This document shows, piece after piece, positions 26,124-38,500 of a stretch of DNA of 64,000 nt; position 1 is the stretch's first letter; every line of letters begins with the position of its first letter. Both the position numbers and the translations under genes were made by a program. Source of the stretch: Haplodiscus bocki (taxonomy: Eukaryota); contig OZ296648.1 of assembly GCA_965655095.1 (NCBI GenBank), positions 84,258,001 to 84,322,000 of the forward strand, in the 5' to 3' direction. A model generated the notes under the pieces. The model was given only the letters and a program-made list of their open reading frames with translations. It had not been told where the DNA came from and ran no database searches.

Positions 26124-26879
26124 CATCCCTTTCAGGGAACAAAACCGGAAGTAATTTTTAAAAACCTCAGGCAATTAGAAAACCTTGAGTGAAGAAAGCC
26201 AGTCGGTAGTTTAAGAGACTGGGTTCGATTATTGGAGAAAAATCCCAATTGCATTTTGATATCAGGATTCCAGAGCAAGCAAGAAAACGCAATTTTTTCT
26301 ATTGAATTACCTACAAATTGAAAGCTGCCGGCTCACCTCGGTGGAAGACGATATTCAGCAATTACTTCAGTAAAATAATTTTTTCGAGGAATATCATTAC
26401 ATATAGCCACTTTTCCCCCTCAGGGTTTGCGATTCAAAAAACAAGGCCGTGATTATCGAGTAACAACCTGTCAATCGGCAGCTTTCGCTTGAGACTATGA
26501 TGGAAGAAATCAAGTGGGTCATTTGGATGAACATGACTTGAACAAGAGAAGTCATTACCAATTGAAATCTTCGGTAAAATATTAAACAAGATGTTCCGGC
26601 AAACACATTTTTGAATTGTTTCCGTTATTTTGAAACCCGGAAAAAGTAGTTATTGGGAATTTCATTACTTTTCGTCTTTTAAGTTCTGGTTTATGAATAC
26701 AATTATAATTATAAAGTTCTCGACTTTTTCGGAACACTTTGACAGACATATGAGACTTAAGTAAATCTATTCCCCATTGCTAAAAGACATCAAATTGGAA
26801 AAGTTTTTGCAAAAAATTCTCCAATACTTCAATATTTTATAATAGTTGTAAAAACGCGATATATGTTTAAAAGACTTTA

Positions 26880-26952
26880 ATCGTAGTGGGGATCGAACAC
26901 GGACCTTCGTAGTCACAACTTCGCCTTTAGCGTTTGACCACTGGGCCTAAGA
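26880..26952 (-). repeat. tRNA-like SINE head or tRNA pseudogene
   Basis: The - strand has TAGGCCCAGTGGT (A-box-like) and GTTCGATCCC (B-box) within ~70 bp. The acceptor stem does not pair. Confidence 0.45.
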
Positions 26953-27329
26953 AGTAAGATTTAAAATTCAGAAAGTAAGCGAAAAGTTACTTCAAATAGA
27001 CAATTTGGCGGAGACAGAGTTCCTTGTAGAATGTTTTACGACGTAAAATATAGAATGATCACAGCATCAAATGTCAGAAAATCAGATTTTTCTCAACCTT
27101 CGGAAAACGTCGAATTCCTTATAATAAGTCAATCTATTTATTCTGAGGGGCTTTTAGTAAATATTTGACTACTGCTTACAGGTAGTGAGAAAATGCGCAG
27201 CAAAAATGAAAGCATGAAAAATTTCATACAAACTATCTAACAACTTTTGAAGCATTTTAGATTATTCATACAAATCTTTACGTAATTAACTTTGAAGCGT
27301 TGATATTTTTTCTTCTTGCAGCATATTGT

Positions 27330-27945
27330 TCTACTTGGTGGGCTTGCGAAAAGTTTTTAATAAGTGGCATGTAGATTCGAAAAAAAAATTAGTTTATAAT
27401 GTTCTACATGCGACTGAAATTATTTTACATGTAGCATACAACTTTCTAATTTAACATCGGTTTCCATCTGATATTTCTCCGGTTGAATATATAGTCAAAC
27501 CTACGAATACTGCACGAAAGGTATCAAAATGTATAGGCTAATCAATATAAAACAGAAAATTCAGATACTCGGCATACGTGTATTTTGAAAGTTTTGACAG
27601 CAGCATTAACAGATTGTCCAGGTTCACAGGTGTGCAGAGAAAACATATCATAGTGAACTCGTTTGTTATTTCCGTAAATACAATGTCGCCCTTGTTAGTA
27701 CTTTTTACATAATTGACACGTGACCGCTATTCTAAGATTTGTTCATAAGCGACGCCTAGTTGCCCAATATAAACTGAGCCTAAGGTATGTCTGGTGAAAA
27801 TCGCGGTAAAGCCGGGAAGATGTTTGCTACATGTAAAATAACATCAGTTGCAGTAAAAACTTGAGAAATTCCAATGAATTGTCAAATTTTACATCAAATT
27901 TTACATCAACTTAGAAAGCCTTCAATGATTTTGCAAATTTCATCA
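27330..27945. mobile_element. Old MITE-like inverted repeat element
   Basis: ctacatgcgactgaaattattttacatgtagcatacaac (~27404-27442) pairs with gatgtttgctacatgtaaaataacatcagttgcagta (~27819-27855). Weaker pairing extends outward; boundaries approximate. Confidence 0.45.
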
Positions 27946-28624
27946 AAAATTGAAAATTATGATGGAGCCTTGTGCAGAAACTTTGAATCTTTCACAATTT
28001 CTAGTCTAGTATTGAATAGTTAGATTGGATGTTGGTGAATCTGTGAATGATGAGTCGGCAATAGAGCACTACATCTAATCTACTTTCAATCTAATCTAGA
28101 ATGTCACAACAATTAGGCTACATGCAAGATTGAGGCATGGAAAATTTTGTTTGAATAAAAACTCTTCCCAGAAGTGTTTGGTATCATATTAAATCAAATC
28201 GCCAGGGAAGACTTAAAAACAACCTAGCTTTACGGTCAACGCGTCAATCAAAAAAGAAGTCCCATCTACTCTGAAAAGTAATAGCGCTAATAGAAAAGCG
28301 ATGTTTCCTATTTTCTCCACGTACTGTGTAAAAACATTAGCAAATCTTCAAAAATACATGCAAGCTGATTGTCTATGTTTCAATAATTATTCCCTCAACG
28401 CATTAATGCAGCATTGTAAATTATCATGCAGCATCGATGAGGATGAAATGTGACAGTTTGATATTTTGTAGATTTGGTGACAACATTTAGCTTGAATTTC
28501 ATTGTGAAATTAGACTCCTGAACTTGTTGCAAATCATTGTAGTACAGAAATATAAATCATTCTCTTCAAAACTAGAAATATTTTGTGACATTAAAAAATG
28601 TTGATGGTTCTGACATGCTTCTCA

Positions 28625-29263
28625 TCATCGAACAATCTGGTTTCTTAGCTTCTGAAGAATGAACACAGTTCCCCTGTTGAGCTCAGCAAAATTGGGTCTC
28701 TTGAAACCATTTCCTAATACGGATAAGTTTTTCAGTTGTTCACAAAGCCCAAGTTCAGGAGGAAGTTTTGCAATTGCGTTGTTCTGCAAGTCCAACGAAG
28801 TCAAGTTGTGCATCTCTCGAAGTTTGCTGGCATCAATGTCCACAATCTGATTATCGCTCATGGATAAATTCTGTAAACTCACCAGCGAATAAATTACAGG
28901 TGGTATTTGCGAGAAACTATTAGCACCGACATTCAATTCCACAAGTTTTGATAAATTCATCATGGTATCTGGCAAGGTTGAGAGTTTGTTATTGTACATT
29001 TTAAGACTCTGCAGGTTGTAGAAATGAGTCACATGGTCTGGTAGAGAAGTGAAACAGTTGCTGGATAGGTTCAGTTCAGTTACGGTGTGCTTGAGCATTG
29101 TCAAAGCAATAGAGAGAGTTGAGAATTTGTTGCCTTCTAAGTTTAACGTCTGGACCTTTCTCACTTCCGCGTCTACCAAAAGTTTTTCAGGAATTTCAGT
29201 AGCTTTTTGTTTCGAGTAGTTCAGAATTTTACTGTCTGTTATGAAAGTTTCTTCAACTGTTGC
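28625..29263 (-). CDS. LRRC40: Terminal coding exon of leucine-rich repeat protein 40-like host gene
   Basis: Uninterrupted ORF with ~7 LxxLxLxxNxL repeats and an LRRC40-type C-terminus LDLQNNAIAKLPPELGLCEQLKNLSVLGNGFKRP...GTVFILQKLRNQI*. Phase-0 acceptor ttgcttcag|GCA at 29264/29263. Confidence 0.85.
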   Translation of the reverse strand, partial: ATVEETFITDSKILNYSKQKATEIPEKLLVDAEVRKVQTLNLEGNKFSTLSIALTMLKHTVTELNLSSNCFTSLPDHVTHFYNLQSLKMYNNKLSTLPDTMMNLSKLVELNVGANSFSQIPPVIYSLVSLQNLSMSDNQIVDIDASKLREMHNLTSLDLQNNAIAKLPPELGLCEQLKNLSVLGNGFKRPNFAELNRGTVFILQKLRNQIVR

Positions 29264-29867
29264 CTGAAGCAATTTGGATTTTAATATATTCTAGGATTTT
29301 ACGAATCTTTTAAAATCAAATCAAAAGTTGGGAACATTTCTTGGAAGCGCCAGGACTTAAGCATCGTAGAAAACGTTTTGTCAAACATTATTTTCACAAG
29401 GCTTTTACGAATATAGCCCATGATCACAGAGGAATTTCATCCAAGTTTGTATATCTTCAAGGTCTCTCAAGGTAAAAAAATCCACAGTGTGTTCATTAGT
29501 TTAGCATTTAATGTTTCCAAATCATCATTTAAAACATTGCGACTAGACGTTAATAAAAAACGTCAAGTTCAAGCTCGAATAACTTCGGGAATGATCATTT
29601 TGAACAAGAGTAGCAGAAACAAAATATTCATGGAAAATTTTAAAGAATATGAATGGTGCTTGTTTGAAAAAATCCCAGCGAAAAGAGCACATTTTTCCAA
29701 AACTTCAAAACATTTTCAAAAATATTTTCCGAATGTCTTATTTTCCCAACTTCCTATGACAGCTGATATCATTTGTCGGCAGAAAAATTTCAAATACCAT
29801 TCAAAAATCCATCACGCTCTGACCAAAGATTGAAAACCAATGTAATAACTTTTAAAAACAATGTCAA

Positions 29868-29905
29868 TGAATATCTTTCGAATTTACACTCATCATCAGA
29901 AATAC
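29868..29905 (-). ncRNA. Minimal hammerhead ribozyme motif in Penelope pseudo-LTR
   Basis: The - strand reads CTGATGA-tgagtgtaaattc-GAAA-gatattc (CUGANGA and GAAA cores around a short stem II), just downstream of the PLE ORF. Confidence 0.55.
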
Positions 29906-30042
29906 AGTCTAAAAATACACAATAAAATAGAGCATAAAGTTAGTTATTCAAATCAGTCACTAAGATTTTCAGTATGAGGTGAAATCTATGCTCACAACAA
30001 CATAGCAAAAGTGGTTTTCATTTGCTCACGCGACTCCAGGTA

Positions 30043-32600
30043 TCATATTCGGATGGTGAGTGGGCGCTGTCCGTATTCGTCTCGAGAATTCTGAGCAGGT
30101 TTTTCTTTTGCTACGTGGAGAGCCTCCATGGTTAACAGCTTATTTTGGTAGTTGCTCGCCGCGGGTACATCAACTGTCCCATCTTGATTTCCGTGACAGC
30201 CTTGAAGGCGTTCACCAACCGGCGCCGATGTCCTTTGGTGCTCAGAGAGTCTGGTTTTGCGATGTCGTACCGTTTGGCCGACATGGTAGGAATTGCATCT
30301 CGAACAGACGATTTTGTAAGCAACCCTAATTCCGACTTCTTTTGGAATCGGGGCGTTGAGAGATAGCAACGCTGTCTCAAGTTTTTTCGTCGTGAAGATT
30401 ACTGAGCATGCAGCTATTTTTCTGAGTCTGGCAGACAGTTTATCAGATATGCGGCCTCGGTATTGAGTCACAAACCAAATTTGAGCTGGACGCGCTTCTT
30501 AGTGTTGCAATGTGGTGTCTGGCAGTGGCGCAGCCTCTTTCGATAATATCTTCTCGATCGTACTTCTGACAATAGGTGAGTAGAAAGATGGAGGATATTG
30601 GCTGGTTTCAAGGCATGTGGTAAGCTCATTTACTGCAGTGTCAAAATTGCCCCAATTCGACGTAGAATGGTGGATACGATGAATTGCGCCTTCTACGATC
30701 TTTCGTTCGCATTTTGTGGGGGAACATGCATAATAGGATAGGTAAACACCTGTGTTAGAGGGCTTGGTGTACCGGGATATGCTCAACTTGTTTTGGAAGC
30801 TGGTAACCAGCAACTGGAGCGATCCAAGTTGACTATTTGTTTCATGCTCAATTGTGAATTCAAGATTCGGATGGAGTGAGTTAGCTGTCCTGAAAATCTC
30901 GTCGCGTCTTACCGAGCGTATAATGTCGTCCACGTATCGTGCAAATATCTTCGTCAGCTCCGAAGGAGGTTCGATCTTGTTCGAGTGATGTGTTGTTGGA
31001 GAGCATCCACACGTCCTTTCGACATTTTAAACTGCGAAGTTCAGATATCGAGAGGCTAGTGCATCGGCGTTGAAACGAAACACCGCAAATTTGATAATGA
31101 ACTGAATTACGTCCAACGTTTCCGCTGCATGCCCTGCATGGAAAAGGCACATCTGCCACGAATGGAAAAAATGTCCCGGGTCTATCACTCCGCATGAAAT
31201 TTCCTCTTCATGCAAGAACATTTTCAAGCTGTTTCATCCAAACGTTTGCAAGGTAAACGACAAGTTTTGACCCCATTGCTAATCAGTCTATTAGCCTGTA
31301 CCAGGTTCCACCACACAGTATGTCTACGTTTCTGACTGCTAAGGATTGAGCTCAATAAATGTTCCCTCTGAGGTCAGGGGTGGTGTCTCTGGCGTATACC
31401 AATCAGCAGCCATGCATATGGATTCTACAACCGGTGTGTTCGTGTACAGCGATTTTACATCTAAAGACATCAGCACCCCATCATCCAGTGTTGTAGACAC
31501 CAGCTCATCCTTAATCTTGCTTGAGGTCGTTACTAACTGTGCCTCAGGTAGTTTCTCCAGCCATTTCGCTAGAGCATTAGCGGGTGGTTCAAAACAACTT
31601 CCAGGAGGGGATAGATCAGGACGTAAGGGAGTGTCTTTCTTGTGAACCTTTGTTAGTCCACAGAGGCGTGCAGGCCGTGCACCGGTGCTGCGGACTTTGT
31701 TATAAAATTCCTTATCAATAATTCCCTTCTCTTGTCAATTCTTTTAGCCTGCTGAAATTCTATTCGATCTTGCTTGTAATGGACTTTCTCGTGGTACCTG
31801 AAGGAAAAGTGTTTGACTTTACAATTTGCGGGGGAGCATGTACCCTCCCACATCCCTTTAAATTGTTATCCTCTGTCATAATGCAGTATCCGATTCCCAT
31901 ATCAAAAAGTACCGACTTCAAGCCATTTTTCTTCAGGTGAGCCAGTCTTGCTGAGGGTAAGATCAGAAGGCTGTCGTTTCGCACATTTTATATACCAAGT
32001 TGCAATAGCATTGAGATCGTCACGTATCTCAGCATCCGTGTTCTGAGAAAGAAGGAGGTCCATGTCAGCTAAGAGGTTCATATCATCAAATCTGTCTCGA
32101 ATAGGGTGTTTCGGACCGAACGATAACAAGTACAATACATAATGAGGACGGTTGATGTACAATATTCTCACAGAATTCTTGATGTCTCGTAGCTGTTTCC
32201 CCTGTATTCTAGAAAGCTCCTGGAGTTTCCTCTAATGTCGTGCGGAAATTTCCACAATCGTAAAACGACAGTGGTAGCGGATCAACAGGATAACAGATGG
32301 CAGCAACAAAACTGGACAGTTTTCCTTGAATGCACTTCGAGCATCGTTAAGCCGGTTTGTCGCATGCTCAAAAATGCTGCGAGCGTTGTTCAATTCAGCC
32401 TCAAGAGGCGTCTCTTGAAATTCTGCACAATGGTGGACTTCGAACAGCCGTTCTCTGGGATCCAGAATCTAAGAAAATTTGGGATCACATCATTGATCAA
32501 ACACTTTTCCAGAAAACCGATGCGCAGCCCAGTAATTTCAGTTTTCTCGATGCACTTGTGATACGCCAAGAAAAACCTTCACGCATTGTATAGGATCAAT
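30043..32600 (-). pseudogene. Penelope RT/GIY-YIG ORF, frameshifted
   Basis: ORF fragments 31902-32171, 30881-31195, 30499-30933 and 30043-30471 lie in collinear domain order. Confidence 0.88.
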
Positions 32601-33469
32601 GTCTTTTTCAGAAGCCAAAAGTGAAGAAACATCGACAAAAAAATACCTGAAAAACAATGTCAATTTATTAAAATACGATGTTAAAAATATACTTTTTCGG
32701 AAAAAAAACTTTTCAGAAAATGATACAGATGCAAGTTTTCAGGAACAACGGAAACTAACAGTCCATCTAATTTCTTGCTATCTTGCATCATTGTCACGAA
32801 TTCATACGAAAACGGCCGAAAAATAGTCAAACTATGCAACGCTTGCCTAGTTTAGTTGATCAAATTTGAGAGGCAATTTTTTACCACTTTGAAGTACTTC
32901 CTTTGCCAAAAAAAACACCGGGCGTCATTCGGGCACGAAGTAATCAGTTAATTTAGTCAATTCCTCAAAAAATGCTTACTTTTGAGACGTTTTTTCCTGC
33001 CCGTTCTATTCAGAATGATTTTGTTCAATCGTAAAGAACAGCGGTAGTTTGTCTGCTTTAAAGATGACCCGTTTTTTTAAGAACAGCAATTTTTATTCTC
33101 CAAAAATAAAGAGGTCAGAATCAATGAAACACGGAGTCGAACCGGCATTTTGCAATTGGCAGATTCTGACTTGTCAGCAGAGATCAAAAATGAGACTGAT
33201 ACACCAAAGATCCTGAGAGACATGAACACACTGTCAATCACATCCTCGATAATGTGTTCATGTCTCAGAAACACTTCACTAGCTGTCAATCAAAAGTTTG
33301 TTCGAAAAACTCAAATTGAGAGAAATACCTGTAACAAGTGCTCAGACTCAATATTAAAATCTCAATTGTCTTGCCAGGTTATGCCTTTTTTCTGCCCAAT
33401 GTTGACGAAACTTTCTCAGTAAACGACTCGAAATTGAACAAACACCTGCTACCCTGCCGCATTCAAACG

Positions 33470-33733
33470 ATTGATCAAAACTTCATCTTAAAGATTTTCT
33501 GCAACTGCACTAAAAAACGATTGATCGTCAAATCATCGCCTGGCTATTGACCACATTTTAACTGGTAGGCTTCAAGTTCAAGAAAAACGTATTTTCGGTA
33601 AGGTCAAAACATTAGGTTCGCCTTGGAGCTTTTTCCATTTTCATGATTGCACTGCAAATTTCTTCTCATTCACTTTGGAGGTGCGCAACTGACATAATAT
33701 TTTTACGGAGATACTCGGATTAGAGGCCCAACA
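33470..33733 (-). repeat. Candidate BEL 3' LTR (alignable part)
   Basis: Starts TGTTGGGCCTC after purine-rich AAAAGTGAGTCGGAGA. Aligns at roughly two-thirds identity to ~63375-63645 (e.g. GAAGAAATTTGCAGTGCA vs GAAGGAATTTGCAGTGCA). Confidence 0.55.
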
Positions 33734-33891
33734 TCTCCGACTCACTTTTAGTCCCGGAAAGATTCGTAGAGTAAAGGTGCAAAATTCATCATGGGTCGTC
33801 TGAGCTCTCTATTCAGTTTTGTATTTATCACGTCTCACAACTTCATCATTACCCAAGTAGACTTTCATCACTCGAGCCATCTTGTATTACC

Positions 33892-33996
33892 AGTAGTATA
33901 GGGATTCACATGGTTTTTCGCACCCCAATCCTAAGATTATGTCAATCTTTTCGCCGGTGAATCCCTGGACCAAAACAGGTATTTCGCGGATGAATC
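33892..33996 (+). repeat. Polinton left TIR
   Basis: The first 30 bp are identical to the reverse complement of 56749-56778; similarity continues for ~105 bp. Confidence 0.9.
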
Positions 33997-34750
33997 CTGG
34001 CTTGTAAACAAATTTGACATCTAGCCTAGGCTAGACCACTGGTATTTCAAGCTTGTTTACTTAGCGACCTAGGTGAAGAAGAAGCGTCCATTTCCGCGTC
34101 TATTAGTCTCACTCCATTCGAAGTTGGACTGCGATTCTTCTTCTTTGAAGTCGTTTTGTAGACATAAATGCAATATCTGGAACCTAACTTTTAACAAAAG
34201 ACTTTTCTACTACTAGTAAAAATTTACCGTTCTATCGAAAACTCTCTACATTAGTCAGTCTCGTGTTTCAAGATTCTTGTTGAAATTACTGCTAAAAGCG
34301 TGGATCCAAACCAAATATACACTTCTAACCAAAACTGTCAACAGTCTCATATTATAAATTTCTTCCTGAGTTTTCCTCTAAGAATGTGGTTCCAATTAGA
34401 AAACTTCTGAAAACTCTATCTCGCACAAAATTTTTGTACAAACAAATTTTGTCTTTCAGTTTTTTCAACCAACTGGGTATTATCATTTTTCATATTTTCA
34501 AAAGTTTTTCCTAGTTCCTATTCTGAATTATTTGGATTAAAAAAATTGCTATTTTCAATCGTAAAGTTTTGAGAAAGGGATTAATTTTCAAGTTTTTTTG
34601 TTTTTCAAACCACTCTCTTGGTTCCACAGTTTTTCCAACGAACAAAACAGCTAATTTTCAAACTTGAGATGGAAGAGGTACTCCTAAAAGTAAAACGACG
34701 CGTCAGCCAGACTTCAGCGGGCACAGAGAGTTCGAAGGCGGGCAACTGTT

Positions 34751-35146
34751 ATGCTAGCCGATCAAGCCGGAGATATCAAGTTTGGAGAGAAAACTAAAAG
34801 AATGGAAACACTTGCCGTGACGAGAGCTACTGGAAGTGCCTACCGGAAAAGATTCCATATAGTTTTCGGATCTTGGGATCTACAGAATATACACACTGTG
34901 CCTTTTTATGTGATTGGATTTCACGCAGGAATTAGGGTACATATCAAGCCACCACCCGAAGGAACGAGAAACCACAGTCCCTCCCCAGGAGATCAGATTA
35001 CTCCCCTCGCGCGTAAGATCTTCAACACAGCCGGCGTCGAAGACTGTTTACTTCGAAAAGAAGGTATTTGTATTTCCTCTACTGATTTGAAGTTGATAGA
35101 TGCGTTTATCCATGCATTTATGAAACTGAATGCTTCACGATTCTGA
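34751..35146 (+). CDS. Polinton accessory ORF of unknown function (131 aa)
   Basis: ATG-started open frame inside the element. Only weak PC4-like words (GIRVHIK, KEGICIS). Confidence 0.3.
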   Translation: MLADQAGDIKFGEKTKRMETLAVTRATGSAYRKRFHIVFGSWDLQNIHTVPFYVIGFHAGIRVHIKPPPEGTRNHSPSPGDQITPLARKIFNTAGVEDCLLRKEGICISSTDLKLIDAFIHAFMKLNASRF

Positions 35147-35589
35147 AGAAACATGTATTCCTCTGAATTCTGTCTTGAAACAAATTGATTTTTTATATAT
35201 AAGGACCAGACTTAAGTATAAAGCATCATTGAGGTTTAGATTGGGATTATATTCAAAAAATAATTTGAGGAAACTAAAGTTCATTTTTTTCCATTTTCCG
35301 GAACAAGTACAGGGAAAGGCTTAGTTAATGGTGGAAACTGTTAAAGTAATGCACTTCTATCAACTAATTTGTCTCTTCTTTAAGCATATTTTTCAGCACG
35401 ACTCATTTCGCAGATGCAAAAAAAACGACAGCTATCTGTCCGAAAATTTCGCCCTTGTGGTGTGTCCGGATTCGCAAAACACCTACCATTGTCATCCTCG
35501 GGGCTCTTATGCCGGATCTGCCTCGAACAATGTTGTGTAAGGCTGGAGATTTTGAAATCTTTTTTAACCGATCATCCAGTCCGCTAAAG

Positions 35590-38500
35590 AACTCTGCAAG
35601 TTCTTTTGCACAGGCTTTTCCTCAGTAACGTGTTGCTGGGGCTTTTTCCGTGCGTTGTTTCGCAGGGGCTTTTTCCGTGCGCTCTTTCGCAGGGGCTTTT
35701 TCCGTGCTCTTTCGCAGGGGCTTTTTCCGTGCGCTCTTTCGCAGGGGCTTTTTCCGTGCGCTCTTTCGCAGGGTTTTTTTCCTTCCGCTCTTTCGCAAGG
35801 GTTTTTCCCGTGCGCTCTTTCGTAGGTTTTGTTTCCGTTCGGTCTTTCGTAGGGGCTTTTTCCGTGCGCACTTTCGCAGGGGCTTTTTCCGTGCGTTGTT
35901 TCGCCGGGGCTTTTTCAGTTCGCTCCTTCGTAGGTTTTGTTTCCATTCGGTCTGTTGTAGGGGCTTTTTCCGTGCGCCCCTCCCCAGGTTTTGTTTCCGT
36001 TCGGACTTTCGTAGGGGCTTCTTCCGTTCGGTCTATCGCAGGGGCTTCTTCCGTTCGGTCTTTCGCAGGTGCCTTTTCCGTGCTCTTTCGCAGGGGCTTT
36101 TTCCGTGCGCTCTTTCGCAGGGTTTTTTTTCCTTCCGCTCTTTCGCAAGGGTTTTTCCCGTGCGCTCTTTCGTAGGTTTTGTTTCCGTTCGGTCTTTCGT
36201 AGGCGCTTTTTCCGTGCGCACTTTCGCAGGGGCTTTTTCCGTGCGTTGTTTCGTCGGGGCTTTTTCCGTTCGCTCTTTCGTAGGTTTTGTTTCCGTTCGG
36301 TCTGTTGTAGGGGCTTTTTCCGTGCGCTCCTCCCCAGGTTTTGTTTCCGTTAGGTCTTTCGTAGGGGCTTCTTCCGTTCGGTCTATCGAAGGGGCTTTTT
36401 CCGTGCGCTCTTTCGCAGGTGCCTTTTCCGTGCACTCTTTCGCAGGGGCCTTTTCTGTGCGCTCTTTCGCAGGGGCTTTTTCCGTGCGCTCTTTCGCAGG
36501 GGCTTTTTCCGTGCGCTCTTCCGCAGAGGCTTTTTCCGTGCGCTCTTTCGCAGGGGCTTCTTCCGCCCACTCTTCCGTAGCGGCTTTCTCCGTGCGCTCT
36601 TTCGCAGGGGCTATTTCCGTGCGCTCTTTCGCACGGGCTTTTTCCGTGCGGTCTTTCGGAGTGGCTTTTTCCGTGCGCTCTTTCGCAGGCGCTTTTTCCG
36701 TCCGCTCTTTCACAGGGGCTTTTTCCGTGCGCTCTTTGAAGGGGCTTCTTCCGTGCGATCATTCGGAGTGGCTTTTTCCGTGCGCTCTTTCGCAGGCGCT
36801 TTTTCCGTCCGCTCTTTCACAGGGGCTTTTTCCGTGCGCTCTTTGAAGGGGCTTCTTCCGTGCGCTCTTTCGGAGTGGCTTTTTCCCTACGCTCTTTCGA
36901 AGGGGACTTTTGCCGTGCGCTATTTCGAAGGGGGCATTCTCCGTGCGCTCTTTCGCAGGCTCTTTTTTCGTGCGCTCTTTCGCAGGGGCATTTTCCGTGC
37001 GCTCTTTCGTAGGTTTTGTTTCCGTTCGGTCTGTCGTAGGGTCTTTTTCCGTGCGCTCTTTCGCAGGTTTTGTTTCCGTTCGGTCTTCCGTAGGGGCGTT
37101 TTCCGTTCAGTTTTTCGCAAGGGTTTTTTCTGTTCACTTTCTCTGGGGCTTTTTTCCGCGCGCTCCTCCGTAGGTTCTGTTTCGGTTCGGTCTTTCGTAA
37201 GGGCTTTTTACGAGCGCTCTTTCGCAGGGGCTTTTTCCGTGCGTTGGTTCGCAGGGCCTTTTGCCGTGCGCTCTTTCGTAGGTTTTGTTTCCGTTCGGTC
37301 TGTCGTAGGGGCTTTTTCCGTGCGCTCCTCCGCAGGTTTTAATTCCGTTCCGTCTTTCCTAGGGGCTTCTTCCGTTCGGTCTTTCGCAGGGGCTTTTTCC
37401 GTGGACTTTTTCGCAGCGCTTTCTCCATGCGCTCTCTCGCACGGGCTTTCTCCGTGCGCTCTTGCACAGGGGCTTTCTCCGTGCACTCTTTCGCAGGGGC
37501 TTTTTCCGTGCGTTGTTTCGTCGGGGCTTTTTCCGTTCGCTCTTTCGTAGGTTTTGTTTCCGTTCGGTCTGTTGTAGGGGCTTTTTCCGTGCGCTCCTCC
37601 CCAGGTTTTGTTTCCGTTAGGTCTTTCGTAGGGGCTTCTTCCGTTCGGTCTATCGAAGGGGCTTTTTCCGTGCGCTCTTTCGCAGGTGCCTTTTCCGTGC
37701 ACTCTTTCGCAGGGGCCTTTTCTGTGCGCTCTTTCGCAGGGGCTTTTTCCGTGCGCTCTTTCGCAGGGGCTTTTTCCGTGCGCTCTTCCGCAGAGGCTTT
37801 TTCCGTGCGCTCTTTCGCAGGGGCTTCTTCCGCCCACTCTTCCGTAGCGGCTTTCTCCGTGCGCTCTTTCGCAGGGGCTATTTCCGTGCGCTCTTTCGCA
37901 CGGGCTTTTTCCGTGCGGTCTTTCGGAGTGGCTTTTTCCGTGCGCTCTTTCGCAGGCGCTTTTTCCGTCCGCTCTTTCACAGGGGCTTTTTCCGTGCGCT
38001 CTTTGAAGGGGCTTCTTCCGTGCGATCATTCGGAGTGGCTTTTTCCGTGCGCTCTTTCGCAGGCGCTTTTTCCGTCCGCTCTTTCACAGGGGCTTTTTCC
38101 GTGCGCTCTTTGAAGGGGCTTCTTCCGTGCGCTCTTTCGCAGGGGCTTTTTCCGTGCGCTCTTTCGGAGTGGCTTTTTCCCTACGCTCTTTCGAAGGGGA
38201 CTTTTGCCGTGCGCTATTTCGAAGGGGGCATTCTCCGTGCGCTCTTTCGCAGGCTCTTTTTTCGTGCGCTCTTTCGCAGGGGCATTTTCCGTGCGCTCTT
38301 TCGTAGGTTTTGTTTCCGTTCGGTCTGTCGTAGGGTCTTTTTCCGTGCGCTCTTTCGCAGGTTTTGTTTCCGTTCGGTCTTCCGTAGGGGCGTTTTCCGT
38401 TCAGTTTTTCGCAAGGGTTTTTTCTGTTCACTTTCTCTGGGGCTTTTTTCCGCGCGCTCCTCCGTAGGTTCTGTTTCGGTTCGGTCTTTCGTAAGGGCTT

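Larger units (their letters stand above)
29850..32720 (-). mobile_element. Penelope-like element (RT plus GIY-YIG), decayed
   Basis: RT motifs KVHK..PLRP, SLDVKSLYTN, LAMGS..LANVWM, RYVDD, LEFTIEHE and YTKPSNTG. GIY-YIG VAYKIVC..C...VGQT.R...RLSEH. aaaaacaatgtcaat is shared at both ends (~29854 and ~32650), suggesting pseudo-LTR remnants. Confidence 0.9.

Noticed and set aside
26880-26952. Functional tRNA gene
   Set aside because: A and B boxes are present but acceptor and anticodon stems do not form.
28625-29272. Single-exon gene starting at TTG 29272
   Set aside because: The start is non-ATG and a good splice acceptor lies 9 nt inside; it is a terminal exon.
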